Source: an uncultured Pseudomonadota bacterium (GTDB lineage Bacteria > Pseudomonadota > Gammaproteobacteria > Burkholderiales > JALYOK01). From it: a stretch of 64,000 nucleotides of DNA. Numbering within the stretch: the first letter of the stretch is position 1; the number at the start of each line of letters is the position of its first letter. The notes under the pieces were generated by a model. The model was not told the origin of the DNA, ran no database searches, and saw only the letters and a list, made by a program, of their open reading frames with translations. Positions 48,388-58,710 of the stretch are shown here, one piece after another. The position numbers and the translations under genes are program-made. The DNA is taken from NCBI GenBank assembly GCA_963840785.1, contig CAWJAF010000003.1, forward strand, positions 585,126 to 649,125. Direction: 5' to 3'.

Positions 48388-49984
48388 CTCGTGGATCAAT
48401 GTAGTCGACGCCCACCGGCGTAATCACACGAGCAATCCAGCCAAATAGCCAATAAAGCGCCAGCGCTAACAGAACTGCCGGAATGGCGCCCGACAACATA
48501 CGCAGGACGTCTTGTTCTAGCAAACCTGCGAGAATCGGTTCACCAAAGCCGCCCGAGCCAACCAGAGCGGCGATCATTGCCGTTCCCACATTGACGACGG
48601 CGCAGCGTTGAATGCCTTTGCCGATCACGGCCGTCGCCAACGGCAAATCAACCAAATTCAATCGAGCCCGCCCAGACAAACTCTGCAACGTCGCCGCGTC
48701 GATCAGATCCTCCGGGATCGTGCGCAGCCCCACATACGTATGAGATACGATCGGCCAAAGGCCGTATACGAACATCGCCAGAATCGCCGGAAATGGCCCC
48801 AAGCGCTGTGCGAGTACGGCGCAAAATACCAGTAGCGCGAGAAATGGCGTGAGCCCAATTAGCTTCATTCCGCCGAGAATGTAGCGTCCGATTCCTGCGC
48901 GCCCAGCCGCCCAAATCCCGAGTGGAATGCCAATGATCACGCTGAACGCGAGGCCCGCAAAAACTAAGCGCAAGTGGCGCATTGTCGTTGCAAAAAAATC
49001 GTGCCAGACGGGCTGATCCGGTTCTGCGATTGGCTCGCTGCTGTCCTGAATGGCAGATTCAATCGCCGCGGGGTTGCTTACCTCGGAAGTTACTGCCGGT
49101 TCCGCACCGACACTGCCGCGGCGCGAGCCTAACCATTCAGCGATGATGTCCGACACCTTCATCGCGCCAAACTCAACGCGCCAATTGAAATCGCGTAGGG
49201 TTCGCTCCGTAAGGGAATTTTCCAAACTCTTTAAGCGCTGCCATGATTTTGGCAATCGCTTCGGCAGGTCAACACGGTGCAATAACACGACGTCATGGCC
49301 GCCAAAATAGTTTTGATCGTCTTCTAAGACACGCAGGCTCTGCTTCGTAATAATGGCGTCGGTCTGCAACACGTCGATCACGTCGACCTGTCGCGCGGTG
49401 AGTGCTTTGTCTCGCGCGTCGACATTCACTTCCTTAACGGCCATTGGCGCCAGGAACGTGCCCTGTTTGCGTAGCGCAGTGAATCCACCGCGATCGTTCA
49501 TAAACATCGAAGAAAATCCGAAACGAAGCTGAGGGTGTTCTGTCAGGTCGCCAATGGTTTTCAGTTTTGAATTACGCGCAACCGATTCTGGGACCGCTAA
49601 TCCATATTTGCGTTGAAAGCCCAATGGTATTGCGACCGCAAGACCACGCAATGCCAATTCCTTGTTAGCGCGATCGAGCTCTAACGGCGGGGTAAGCAAC
49701 AAGATTTCACGCGCCAAAACATCCATTGCGACTGGGTACACATCAATGGAACCTTTAATCAGCGCGACTGTATTCTCGATAAGGTCTCCGCTATTGGAGC
49801 CCCGCACGGGTTTCGAATCACCGCCTTGTGCCACCGTCTGGACGATTAACTCCGCCAGTATCTTGGATTCAGTGTTTGCGTCTGTGCCAACGCGCAGTAT
49901 TTCTTCGGCTCGCCCTAGCGAACAAGTGAGAACAAGCGCAGCGATATGAGTCGCGCAAAGTGCGCGCGCGACTAGTGTAGCCAC
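48380..49984 (-). CDS. ABC transporter, fused osmoprotectant-type substrate-binding domain plus permease
   Basis: The N-terminal half is like a glycine-betaine/choline-type binding protein. The C-terminal half is a permease (...IGLTPFLALLVF..., EAA-like loop DAATLQSLSGRARLNLVDLPLA). Confidence 0.75.
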   Translation of the reverse strand: MATLVARALCATHIAALVLTCSLGRAEEILRVGTDANTESKILAELIVQTVAQGGDSKPVRGSNSGDLIENTVALIKGSIDVYPVAMDVLAREILLLTPPLELDRANKELALRGLAVAIPLGFQRKYGLAVPESVARNSKLKTIGDLTEHPQLRFGFSSMFMNDRGGFTALRKQGTFLAPMAVKEVNVDARDKALTARQVDVIDVLQTDAIITKQSLRVLEDDQNYFGGHDVVLLHRVDLPKRLPKSWQRLKSLENSLTERTLRDFNWRVEFGAMKVSDIIAEWLGSRRGSVGAEPAVTSEVSNPAAIESAIQDSSEPIAEPDQPVWHDFFATTMRHLRLVFAGLAFSVIIGIPLGIWAAGRAGIGRYILGGMKLIGLTPFLALLVFCAVLAQRLGPFPAILAMFVYGLWPIVSHTYVGLRTIPEDLIDAATLQSLSGRARLNLVDLPLATAVIGKGIQRCAVVNVGTAMIAALVGSGGFGEPILAGLLEQDVLRMLSGAIPAVLLALALYWLFGWIARVITPVGVDYIDPRVN

Positions 49985-50706
49985 AGCCGCTGGGCGCGCA
50001 TGAAATCGCTTACTTCGTCGTCGACGGGATTATCAATCAGGTCCATCAAATGTCCCCGCTGCGCGAGTTGACCGTCAATCAATAACACCGCGTGGTCGGC
50101 TAAATTCAAAGCTTCATCAAGATCTTGAGTGACCCACACTACCGTCTTATTTAGGCGTCGCAACGTATTGCTCAATTCTGCTAACGCCACGGCGCGTGAC
50201 ATGCGATCGAAATCGCTCAGCACATCGTCAAACAGCAAAACCTGCGGATCCGGCATAAGCGCACGAACCATCGCGACACGAATTTTTTGCCAAGGTGAGA
50301 GTTGCTGCGGATAGTGTTTAAGGCCTTGCGGTGAGATGCGAAAAATTTCTGTCAATTCTGCAAGACGACGATCAATCATCGGTTGACTGATATGGGCCCG
50401 GCGCAAGCGCAACGTCACGTTTTCTTCCACGGACATGTGCGGAAACAGTGCGCCACCCGCAACCAAATAACCAATTTTTCGGCGGATGCCTTCGATCGAA
50501 CTTTGGTTTAGCTCAATATCGTCGACGAAAACGCTACCGTTGTCGGCGCGATCCAATCCGGCGAATAAACGTAACACGGCGGATTTACCTGATCCCTCCG
50601 GTCCGAGCATAACGGTCGTGGTCGCGGTCGCAAAATCCAGCGTAATTGGGCCGACAATGATTTTGCCAGCCAAGGACTTAGTGACATCTTCTAATCTCAA
50701 AATCAT
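49972..50706 (-). CDS. ABC transporter ATP-binding protein
   Basis: Walker A GPEGSGKS, signature LSPWQKIR, Walker B LLFDD. Confidence 0.85.
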   Translation of the reverse strand: MILRLEDVTKSLAGKIIVGPITLDFATATTTVMLGPEGSGKSAVLRLFAGLDRADNGSVFVDDIELNQSSIEGIRRKIGYLVAGGALFPHMSVEENVTLRLRRAHISQPMIDRRLAELTEIFRISPQGLKHYPQQLSPWQKIRVAMVRALMPDPQVLLFDDVLSDFDRMSRAVALAELSNTLRRLNKTVVWVTQDLDEALNLADHAVLLIDGQLAQRGHLMDLIDNPVDDEVSDFMRAQRLWLH

Positions 50707-51020
50707 GTTTTTCTAGGCAGCGCGGCAACCCTATCATTGCGGTCACGCTTACCTGCTGTTGTTGTTCTTATGTGCCGTTTTAAACGCGGCGACTTTTATC
50801 GTCTTGCCTGAAGCATAGACGGTAATTGGTTTTTTTAAAACCTAGGGCAAATGAATTTGTGCGGTCAATCAGTCAAAAACGCGCGTTGAAATTTACACAC
50901 TTAAAGTAAAACTTCAATATTCAGCGCGCGCAACAAATCGAAAAATCGACGCGACAGATGCTCGGAGACGCGCGCCAATACTGGGTGGCCTTAGGCCATT
51001 GCCTCTCTGGGCATGTTTTG

Positions 51021-52547
51021 TTAAGCGCGACGCGGTAAACGCAAGCCTGGCGAAATCAACTGACGATCAAGCAGATCAAATCCCCATTGCACTAGTAACG
51101 CGAGCACTGCGGCGGGAACCGCGCCAGCCAGAAGCAACATATTGTCATTCAGTGCTAGGCCGGCTGCGATGCGTTCGCCATAACCGCCCGCGCCGATAAA
51201 TGCAGCGATCGTAGCGGTGCCCACGTTGATCACCGCAGATGTTTTAATACCCGCTAGCATCGTGCCCATCGCCAATGGCAATTCGACCCGCCTAAGTCGT
51301 GCAGAAGCTGGCAGGCCTAAAACTTCTGCCGACTCGCGCAAGCGCGGCGCGATCTGTGTCAATCCGGTATAGGTATTGCGCACAATCGGCAAGAGTGCAT
51401 AAAGAAACAACGCGACGAGCGCCGGCACCGTACCGATTTGGTGAAATACCGGAATCAAAAATGCCAGTAGCGCGAGCGAGGGAATGGTTTGCAGCATGCC
51501 GGTCAACGTCAAAATAACTTTCGCGAAATAAGAATGGCGGCTCGCTGCGATTCCCAATGGCACACCAACCAGCACACTCGCCAGTAACGAGACGAAGACC
51601 AACTGTAAATGCTGCAAGGTTAACGGCCAAAAATCCGGCGCAAATAATCGGCTCCAAAAGGTTGGCGGCGGTGTCTTTTTGCTAATCCCACTGGTTTCTT
51701 TTTCAAGGAAATTTCGCGCTACCATCGCGAAATCTTTGCCATCCAATTCGGCTTCTGCGTTCAACCGCACCATTGCGGCGTCGTCGATCGTGCCGCGCAA
51801 ACGCTGCAAACGCTGCCACACATTCGGAAAACGCTTTGGCAAATCGAGCCGATAAATCAGCACCGCTTCGTACGGTGGAAAATAGTGTTTATCGTCGGCC
51901 AACACACGCAGCTTGAATTTTTGAATTTTTGCGTCGGTCGAATAGATATCGATGACATCGATTTGTTGCGCGGCCAACGCCTCGTAGGCTAAGCCGTGAT
52001 CGAGCCCAGTGGCGCGTATCCGCTTATTGAGGCCATAGGTTCCAATCAAACCGAGCCAGCCATCGGTACGTCCTAGAAATTCTTGCGATAGCCCGAATTT
52101 GAGTTCTGAATGGGCCGCCAAGTCTGACAACTTTTTGATGCCCAGCGCTTCGGCCTGGGTTTCCAGCATCGCTAACGCATACGTATTGTTGAAGCCGAAC
52201 GGAACGGCGACACCCAGACCGTCGGCAGCCAGAATCGCGTTGAGCCGCATCAAGTCGAACGCATCGTCGAGCTTCAACAACTCCTTCGCGATCGTTCCGG
52301 TGTAGTCGGGATAGATATCGATTGCACCGCTCTTTAACGCCGCGAACACGATACCCGTATTGCCGAGCCCTTGGCGATGACTTACGCCCGCCTCGCCAGT
52401 CTCCACGGCAGCCTGCGTCACAATTTCCCCGAGGATGTACGATTCGGTAAAGCGCTTGGAGCCGATTTTGAGTTCATCTTTCGCCGCGTGGCCATGCATA
52501 GTGGCAGCAATCAAAATCAACACAGTAAGAATACGAAATGTTTTCAC
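51021..52547 (-). CDS. ABC transporter, fused substrate-binding domain plus permease (paralogue of 48380..49984)
   Basis: Same two-domain layout. Contains IGSKRFTESYILGEI...YPDYTGT and the permease loop SAEVLGLPASARLRRVELPLA. Confidence 0.75.
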   Translation of the reverse strand: MKTFRILTVLILIAATMHGHAAKDELKIGSKRFTESYILGEIVTQAAVETGEAGVSHRQGLGNTGIVFAALKSGAIDIYPDYTGTIAKELLKLDDAFDLMRLNAILAADGLGVAVPFGFNNTYALAMLETQAEALGIKKLSDLAAHSELKFGLSQEFLGRTDGWLGLIGTYGLNKRIRATGLDHGLAYEALAAQQIDVIDIYSTDAKIQKFKLRVLADDKHYFPPYEAVLIYRLDLPKRFPNVWQRLQRLRGTIDDAAMVRLNAEAELDGKDFAMVARNFLEKETSGISKKTPPPTFWSRLFAPDFWPLTLQHLQLVFVSLLASVLVGVPLGIAASRHSYFAKVILTLTGMLQTIPSLALLAFLIPVFHQIGTVPALVALFLYALLPIVRNTYTGLTQIAPRLRESAEVLGLPASARLRRVELPLAMGTMLAGIKTSAVINVGTATIAAFIGAGGYGERIAAGLALNDNMLLLAGAVPAAVLALLVQWGFDLLDRQLISPGLRLPRRA

Positions 52548-53290
52548 GATCGTAGGCTGGACGGCCAGCCCCGTTGTGCGCGCATAAATTCGGTAACGAA
52601 CGGATCCGCTGGACGCGCTTGAAATTCTTCCGGCGCGCCACTTTGTATCACCATGCCAGCGCGCATCAGGACAATTTGATCGGCGAAATACGCCGCTTCG
52701 TTCATGTCATGCGTCACCATCACGACAGTCTTTTTCAGTTGCGCAAATATCGTTTTGAGCTCGCCTTGCAGTGCGTGACGCGTCATGGGATCGAGCGCGC
52801 CGAGCGGTTCGTCCAAAAACAATACTTGCGGGCCGAGCATTAACGCACGCATCAGGGCGACTCGCTGCCGCTCGCCACCGGACAACTGCTGTGGATAGCG
52901 ATCGAGCGAGGCGTCGGACAGATGGACCAGATCCGTTAATTCGGCCAGGGTTTGCGTCACTCGCACTGGATCACGCTTTAAATGGCGTGCCAGCAACACC
53001 ACATTTTCGCGCGCCGTAAGGTGCGGAAACAGGCCTCCGTCCTGAATGACATAACCGATTTGGTGGCGCCATTCGATCAAATTCGCGTCGGTCAAATCGA
53101 CATCGTTGACAATGACGCGCCCCTGGTCGGGACCTACCAGGCCGACTAACAGTCGAATCAATGTCGATTTCCCGCAGCCGCTCGGACCGATCAAGACCGT
53201 CGTCGCCGATGGCCGGAACGCGTACTGAAGCGGCGCCAACGCAATGACGTCACCATAACGCTTGGAAACATTTTCTAGCGCAATAATAGC
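52544..53290 (-). CDS. ABC transporter ATP-binding protein (paralogue of 49972..50706); start codon unresolved
   Basis: GPSGCGKS, LSGGERQR, LFLDE. The frame stays open upstream of the listed TTG (..IIALENVSKRYGDVIALAPLQY) but has no canonical start there. A GTG in a neighbouring frame suggests another indel. Confidence 0.8.
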   Translation of the reverse strand, partial: AIIALENVSKRYGDVIALAPLQYAFRPSATTVLIGPSGCGKSTLIRLLVGLVGPDQGRVIVNDVDLTDANLIEWRHQIGYVIQDGGLFPHLTARENVVLLARHLKRDPVRVTQTLAELTDLVHLSDASLDRYPQQLSGGERQRVALMRALMLGPQVLFLDEPLGALDPMTRHALQGELKTIFAQLKKTVVMVTHDMNEAAYFADQIVLMRAGMVIQSGAPEEFQARPADPFVTEFMRAQRGWPSSLRS

Positions 53291-53527
53291 TAGCTCCCAC
53301 TGTTAAAATGCCCAGCCAGCGAGTGATCGCTAAGTCTCGCGATCGATGAATCGTTTTATTTTCTTACGGCATTACCGGCAGCGCTCGAATCGAACGTTTT
53401 TTGACTTGCTGTTGAAATGGGCTTAGTTAGACCTGATCTAACAGTCCATGCGTTGTCAGGATACCGGATGATTTTCTGCTGTCAAGCCTAACGTGGTCAA
53501 CAACGTGAAGAACCTCTTACAAATCGG

Positions 53528-53583
53528 GCCTGAGAGCCATTATCCAGGTGCATGGCTTTGGGCCATGCGCCTCTTTAGGCAAT
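53528..53583. repeat. copy of the ...CCATGCGCCTCTTTAGGCAATCG REP-like family
   Basis: CCTGAGAGCCATTATCCAGGTGCATGGCTTTGGGCCATGCGCCTCTTTAGGCAATCG. Confidence 0.6.
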
Positions 53584-53674
53584 CGTTAACCGCGTCAGGA
53601 TATGCAAGAAGCAGTCGCAACGCCAATCATGCTATCGCGCGTCACGAGCGCCGCCAAGTTGATTTTCGCTGAAA

Positions 53675-54234
53675 TCAGCTGCTCCCGGCGGGTCGCAGCG
53701 GCATTACCAGATAACGCATATCGGCGGTGCTATCGTGAACACGAACCTCGACATCGTCGGGAATTTTCGTGCCGAATTCTTCGAGCACCGCGCGCGGCTC
53801 ACGCACGGCGCGGCTGCGATACTCTTTGCTCTTATACCAATCCGGCGGCAAACCGAGCAACATTCGCGGATAACACGAGCACAAAGTACAGACGACTAGG
53901 TTATGAATTTTTTCCGTGTTTTCGAGCACGATCAATTTGGTCGGCCCGACTTCGATACCCATCTCTTTTGCCGCCTCGCTGCCGTTCGCCAGCGCGCGAG
54001 CTTTGTAACTGCGCATCGCACCCACGCCCGCGCCACCAAGCGCGCGCCGATGCCCGTATTGCGGCCATCCATAAATTCGATTTGGCGGCGCACATCATCC
54101 GCCGTGAAAATATTTTTCTCGATCAACAATTCGCGCAGCGCAATTTCCATCGTTTGGTAATAGGCACTCGGGCCGGATTTTCCGCGGCCGGCATCGCGCA
54201 AATTCGTCAAACCGAAGCGTTTGTAACTACTCAT
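53675..54234 (-). pseudogene. nthA: nitrile hydratase alpha subunit, cobalt type, reading frame broken once as assembled
   Basis: The metal-site motif [10 protein letters not shown] (Thr variant, Co-type) is in ORF 53675..54025. The N terminus MSSYKRFGL...[24 protein letters not shown]...[10 protein letters not shown] is in the frame of ORF 53932..54459. The ATG at 54234 overlaps the beta stop. Confidence 0.85.
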
Positions 54235-54866
54235 GACATTTCTTTCGCCGTAACGGGCACAAGCCAATGTTGATAGATTTCGATCTCGATGCTGTCGTGA
54301 GCCGGACCAACATAGTCGCTCCAAATATCGCGCAACGTAAAACGCACGCGATAAAGCGGTTGGCGCGGCGTGCCGGGGCGCGCATAGGCCAACTCTTCCG
54401 GATTGCCGAATACGCCGCATAAGCGTTCGATCGTGCCCACTTGCCCGCGCACATACCACGGCGTACGAATATGGCCGGGCGAGAACATCGCCCGCACCTT
54501 AACGCGTTCTCCTAATTGGAATACAGGATCAGTCGCTTCGGCGTTCATTTGGCCTCGCCCGCCGATCGCGCTTCGACGTCTGCCATTTTCTGATTCAATC
54601 TCCTCGATCGTCACAACACCGCGCTGAATCATGGTTTGCGTGACGGAAAATATCCAGCGTTCGTAGTAGGTCATCGTTTCGTAAGCATCGCCGCCGATGC
54701 TCTCGATATTGCGGCGCAATTCGTCGACGTTCAACAATTTTCGACTCGGCTGCGACAGCAACACCATCAAGGCATCAACGCGCTTTTCCCAAAGCGCATA
54801 GTCGTGCTCGCTCGCCTCCACCGGACCCGCCGGCAGGCCGCCCATATCGTGATGTCCACGCATCAT
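54231..54866 (-). CDS. nthB: nitrile hydratase beta subunit
   Basis: The N terminus has HHDMGGL, and the C terminus has ...RTPWYVRGQVGTIERL...YRVRF. The beta-then-alpha gene order fits Co-type enzymes. Confidence 0.85.
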   Translation of the reverse strand: MMRGHHDMGGLPAGPVEASEHDYALWEKRVDALMVLLSQPSRKLLNVDELRRNIESIGGDAYETMTYYERWIFSVTQTMIQRGVVTIEEIESENGRRRSAIGGRGQMNAEATDPVFQLGERVKVRAMFSPGHIRTPWYVRGQVGTIERLCGVFGNPEELAYARPGTPRQPLYRVRFTLRDIWSDYVGPAHDSIEIEIYQHWLVPVTAKEMS

Positions 54867-54964
54867 AGATGCAAAATTCCTGAAAGGTTCGAATGCTTGA
54901 TATTATGCATCTGATAGGTTGTATGCAACACAAGAACGAATGAAAATTTCGAAAGCCTTACTTC

Positions 54965-55048
54965 TGTCATTCCGGCGAAGGCGGGAATCCATTCGGCCAT
55001 CACATTTTGCATACTCGCTACGGATTCCGCGCCTTCGCGGGAATGACA
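54965..55048. repeat. inverted pair of GTCATTCCGGCGAAGGCGGGAATCC REP units
   Basis: TGTCATTCCGGCGAAGGCGGGAATCC ... GGATTCCGCGCCTTCGCGGGAATGACA, in the divergent NHase/amidase spacer. Confidence 0.8.
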
Positions 55049-55094
55049 ATAAACTACGCCGTAGTATGTTGAAAAACATACTACGGAGAACCTC

Positions 55095-56531
55095 ATGCGC
55101 ACCATCCTACAATACTGCCGCCGACCTCGCCAGCCGGCAAAACCACCAGCCGCGCCATCGTCGAAAGTGCGCTCGCAAAAATCGACGACAAAAGCGGCGA
55201 AGGCGCGCGAACCTATATCAAGGTCTATCGTGAAGTCAGCGCTGGCAGAAGCGGACGCCTCGGACAATTTACGCAAACACGGCATCGTCCCCTCGCCTCT
55301 TGCCGGGCTTGCCGATTTCCATCAAAGATTTATTTGATGTTGCGGGTGATGTCACCCTCGCCGGAGTCAAGGCCCACGCGCAATTTGCCGCCAGCAAAAT
55401 CCGACGCGTTAATCGTCCAACGACTGCGCGCGGCAGGCGCAGTGATCATTGGCCGCACAAACTTAAGCCCGATGGCGTTTTCGCCGCTCGGTATTAATCG
55501 CGATTTCGGCACGCCGGGCAATCCCGCCGATCGCGCGCGCATTCCCGGCGGCTCATCATCCGGCGCAGCAGTTTCAGTGACCGACGGCATGGCGGTCGCA
55601 GCCATCGGCTCGGACACCGGCGGCTCGATTCGCATGCCTGCGGCGTTCTGCGGCATCGCCGGAATCAAACCAACACAAAAACGCGTGCCGCTGACGCAAA
55701 CTTGGCCGCTCTCTACTTCGCTTGATTCCGTCGGCCCATTGGCGCCGAGCATCGCGTGTTGCGCGTTAGTCGATGCCGCGCTCGCGGGCGAAACGATCGA
55801 CGTTCCCGACGCTATTCCGCTAAAAGGATTGCGCTTTGCCTTGCCGACAAATAGCGTGACTGAAGACATGGACGCCACCGTCACCAAAGCATTTCAACGC
55901 GCGTTGCAAATATCTCGCAAAACATGGCGCCCAAATCATCGAAATCGGCATGCCGGAAATCAACGAAGTCATCGCCATGTGGCGCAAACCGCCGAGCTTC
56001 ACGCAGATGGAAGGCTACGCGCGCTACGGAAATGGCTCACAGAAAATCCCGACGCCTACGATCCCCTCATCCGCGCGCGTTTCGCTGTCGGCGCGAACGC
56101 AAGCGCGAAAGACTACATCGATTTACTCCAAGCGCGCGCCAGCATCATTGAGCGCAGCGCAAAAGCGACACGAAATTTCGATGCAGTGATCATGCCGACC
56201 GTGCAATTCGTCGCGCCGACCATCGCCGAAGTCTCAACCGAAGAAGGCTTCAAACGCATCGTCCCGCAAGCCATTCGCAATCCATCGATCGCAAATTTGC
56301 TTGACCGTTGCGCCATCTACAACGCCGTGTCATCAACCCGGCGAATTGCCGGTCGGATTGTCGTTGATGGGCGAGCATGGCGATGATCGGCGCTTGTTGG
56401 CGATGGGGCTGGCGGTTGAAGCGCGCTTAACGAAGACAGTTAATCCGCAACGTTCAAAGTTCGTAATGGGTGTCCTCAAGCTAGTCCGGTTGATGATCGG
56501 ATCGCACTGGCATCTTCGATTTCCAGAATAG
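55095..56531 (+). pseudogene. amidase-signature (GatA-like) amidase, at least 5 frameshifts as assembled
   Basis: Pieces are spread over three frames: GKTTSRAIVESALAKIDD, LAGLPISIKDLFDVAGDVT, GGSSSGAAVSVTDGMAVAAIGSDTGGSIRMPAAFCG, and LPVGLSLMGEHGDDRRLL. The true 3' end is uncertain. Confidence 0.75.
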
Positions 56532-56598
56532 CGTCCACACATTGAACCTATTGTTCACGACGGCGCGTACCGATTTTGCGCGTCGATGGCGTGGCATG

Positions 56599-56637
56599 CC
56601 CTGACAGGCCAATATCCATGCGCCTCTCCAGGCATTG
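56599..56637. repeat. copy of the GCCAATATCCATGCGCCTCTCCAGGCATTG REP-like family
   Basis: CCCTGACAGGCCAATATCCATGCGCCTCTCCAGGCATTG. It is nearly identical in core to 4174-4202 and 5761-5788. Confidence 0.7.
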
Positions 56638-56808
56638 CGCTTGGACTATCAATACTTACGATTTCGCAGTCACGTTTCTTGAATATCCCAAAGTCGTACC
56701 ACAAACTGGACATGAACTTTACTTGCAGAATATTTCCTTGTAATACAAACCTTTGTGGATTACAGTGTGCGCCTTGCAGGATTGTTTTTTTAAGGAATAC
56801 GGTAGTTA

Positions 56809-58017
<1,209 letters not shown>

Positions 58018-58240
58018 CGCACTGCTACGCGCTGAAGAACGCGGGAGATCACAGTCCATCAATCGAACGCTTAGTCACCTCGCGCCCCGCGCCGCGCAAA
58101 GAAATCGCCGCGTTGCTTGGCGGTCTGAAAAAAATACAGCCGGGTAACATAACGACTCGTGCGAACGCTCGACGCTGCTGTCGATGTTGATTGCGGGTCA
58201 ATTCGCTTGCGCGGAAGAATGGACGCCGATTGAAACGTCG

Positions 58241-58598
58241 ATGCCCAATATACAATTTGCGATCGATTTCGGATCCATTGAACGCGATGACGATATTGTT
58301 ACTTTTCAAAGAGCGTCTAATCTACGAAAAAGCCGATAAGATCGATCCCGCCAGCGGCATGGCGATCAAAGAAAAATTAGTTCGGCGCGTCATGGATTGC
58401 GGTAACGAACTCAAGGTATGTTGTCCGGCACCATGCGCAGTGACGCCGGGGTAGCTGATCGAGATGGTGACATTCGATCGCAATCAAATGGTGATGGCGC
58501 CGATTCCCCGCGGCACTTTGGCTGAACACGAGTTAGAGCTGGTCTGTAACAAAGCCAAAAATCCAACCAACGAAGTAATTTCCCGCTCAGGATTTTAG
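58241..58598 (+). pseudogene. small hypothetical gene, one frameshift plus one in-frame TAG as assembled
   Basis: MPNIQFAIDFGSIERDDDIVTF (start 58241) continues in the frame of ORF 58191..58454 (KERLIYEKADKIDPASGMAIKEKLVRRVMDCGNELK...). After the TAG at 58452-58454 the same frame stays open to 58598. Confidence 0.3.
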
Positions 58599-58710
58599 CC
58601 GATCGCCATTACTTTGTTACAATATTTCGAATATAGTTTTACAACTTCAATCTTGAAAACCGCGCAATCTTGATGCGTGGGGTGTTTAAATCAAAATCAG
58701 GGAATTCAGA

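Noticed and set aside
53602-54273. 223-aa plus-strand ORF across the nitrile hydratase alpha gene
   Set aside because: It is antisense to nthA and is Arg/Cys-rich nonsense. The opposite strand carries the VCTLCSC signature.
2537-55048. Recurrent palindromic repeats as a possible CRISPR array
   Set aside because: The copies are kilobases apart, in different orientations, and not separated by regular 30-40-bp spacers. No cas genes were seen. They are REP-type elements.
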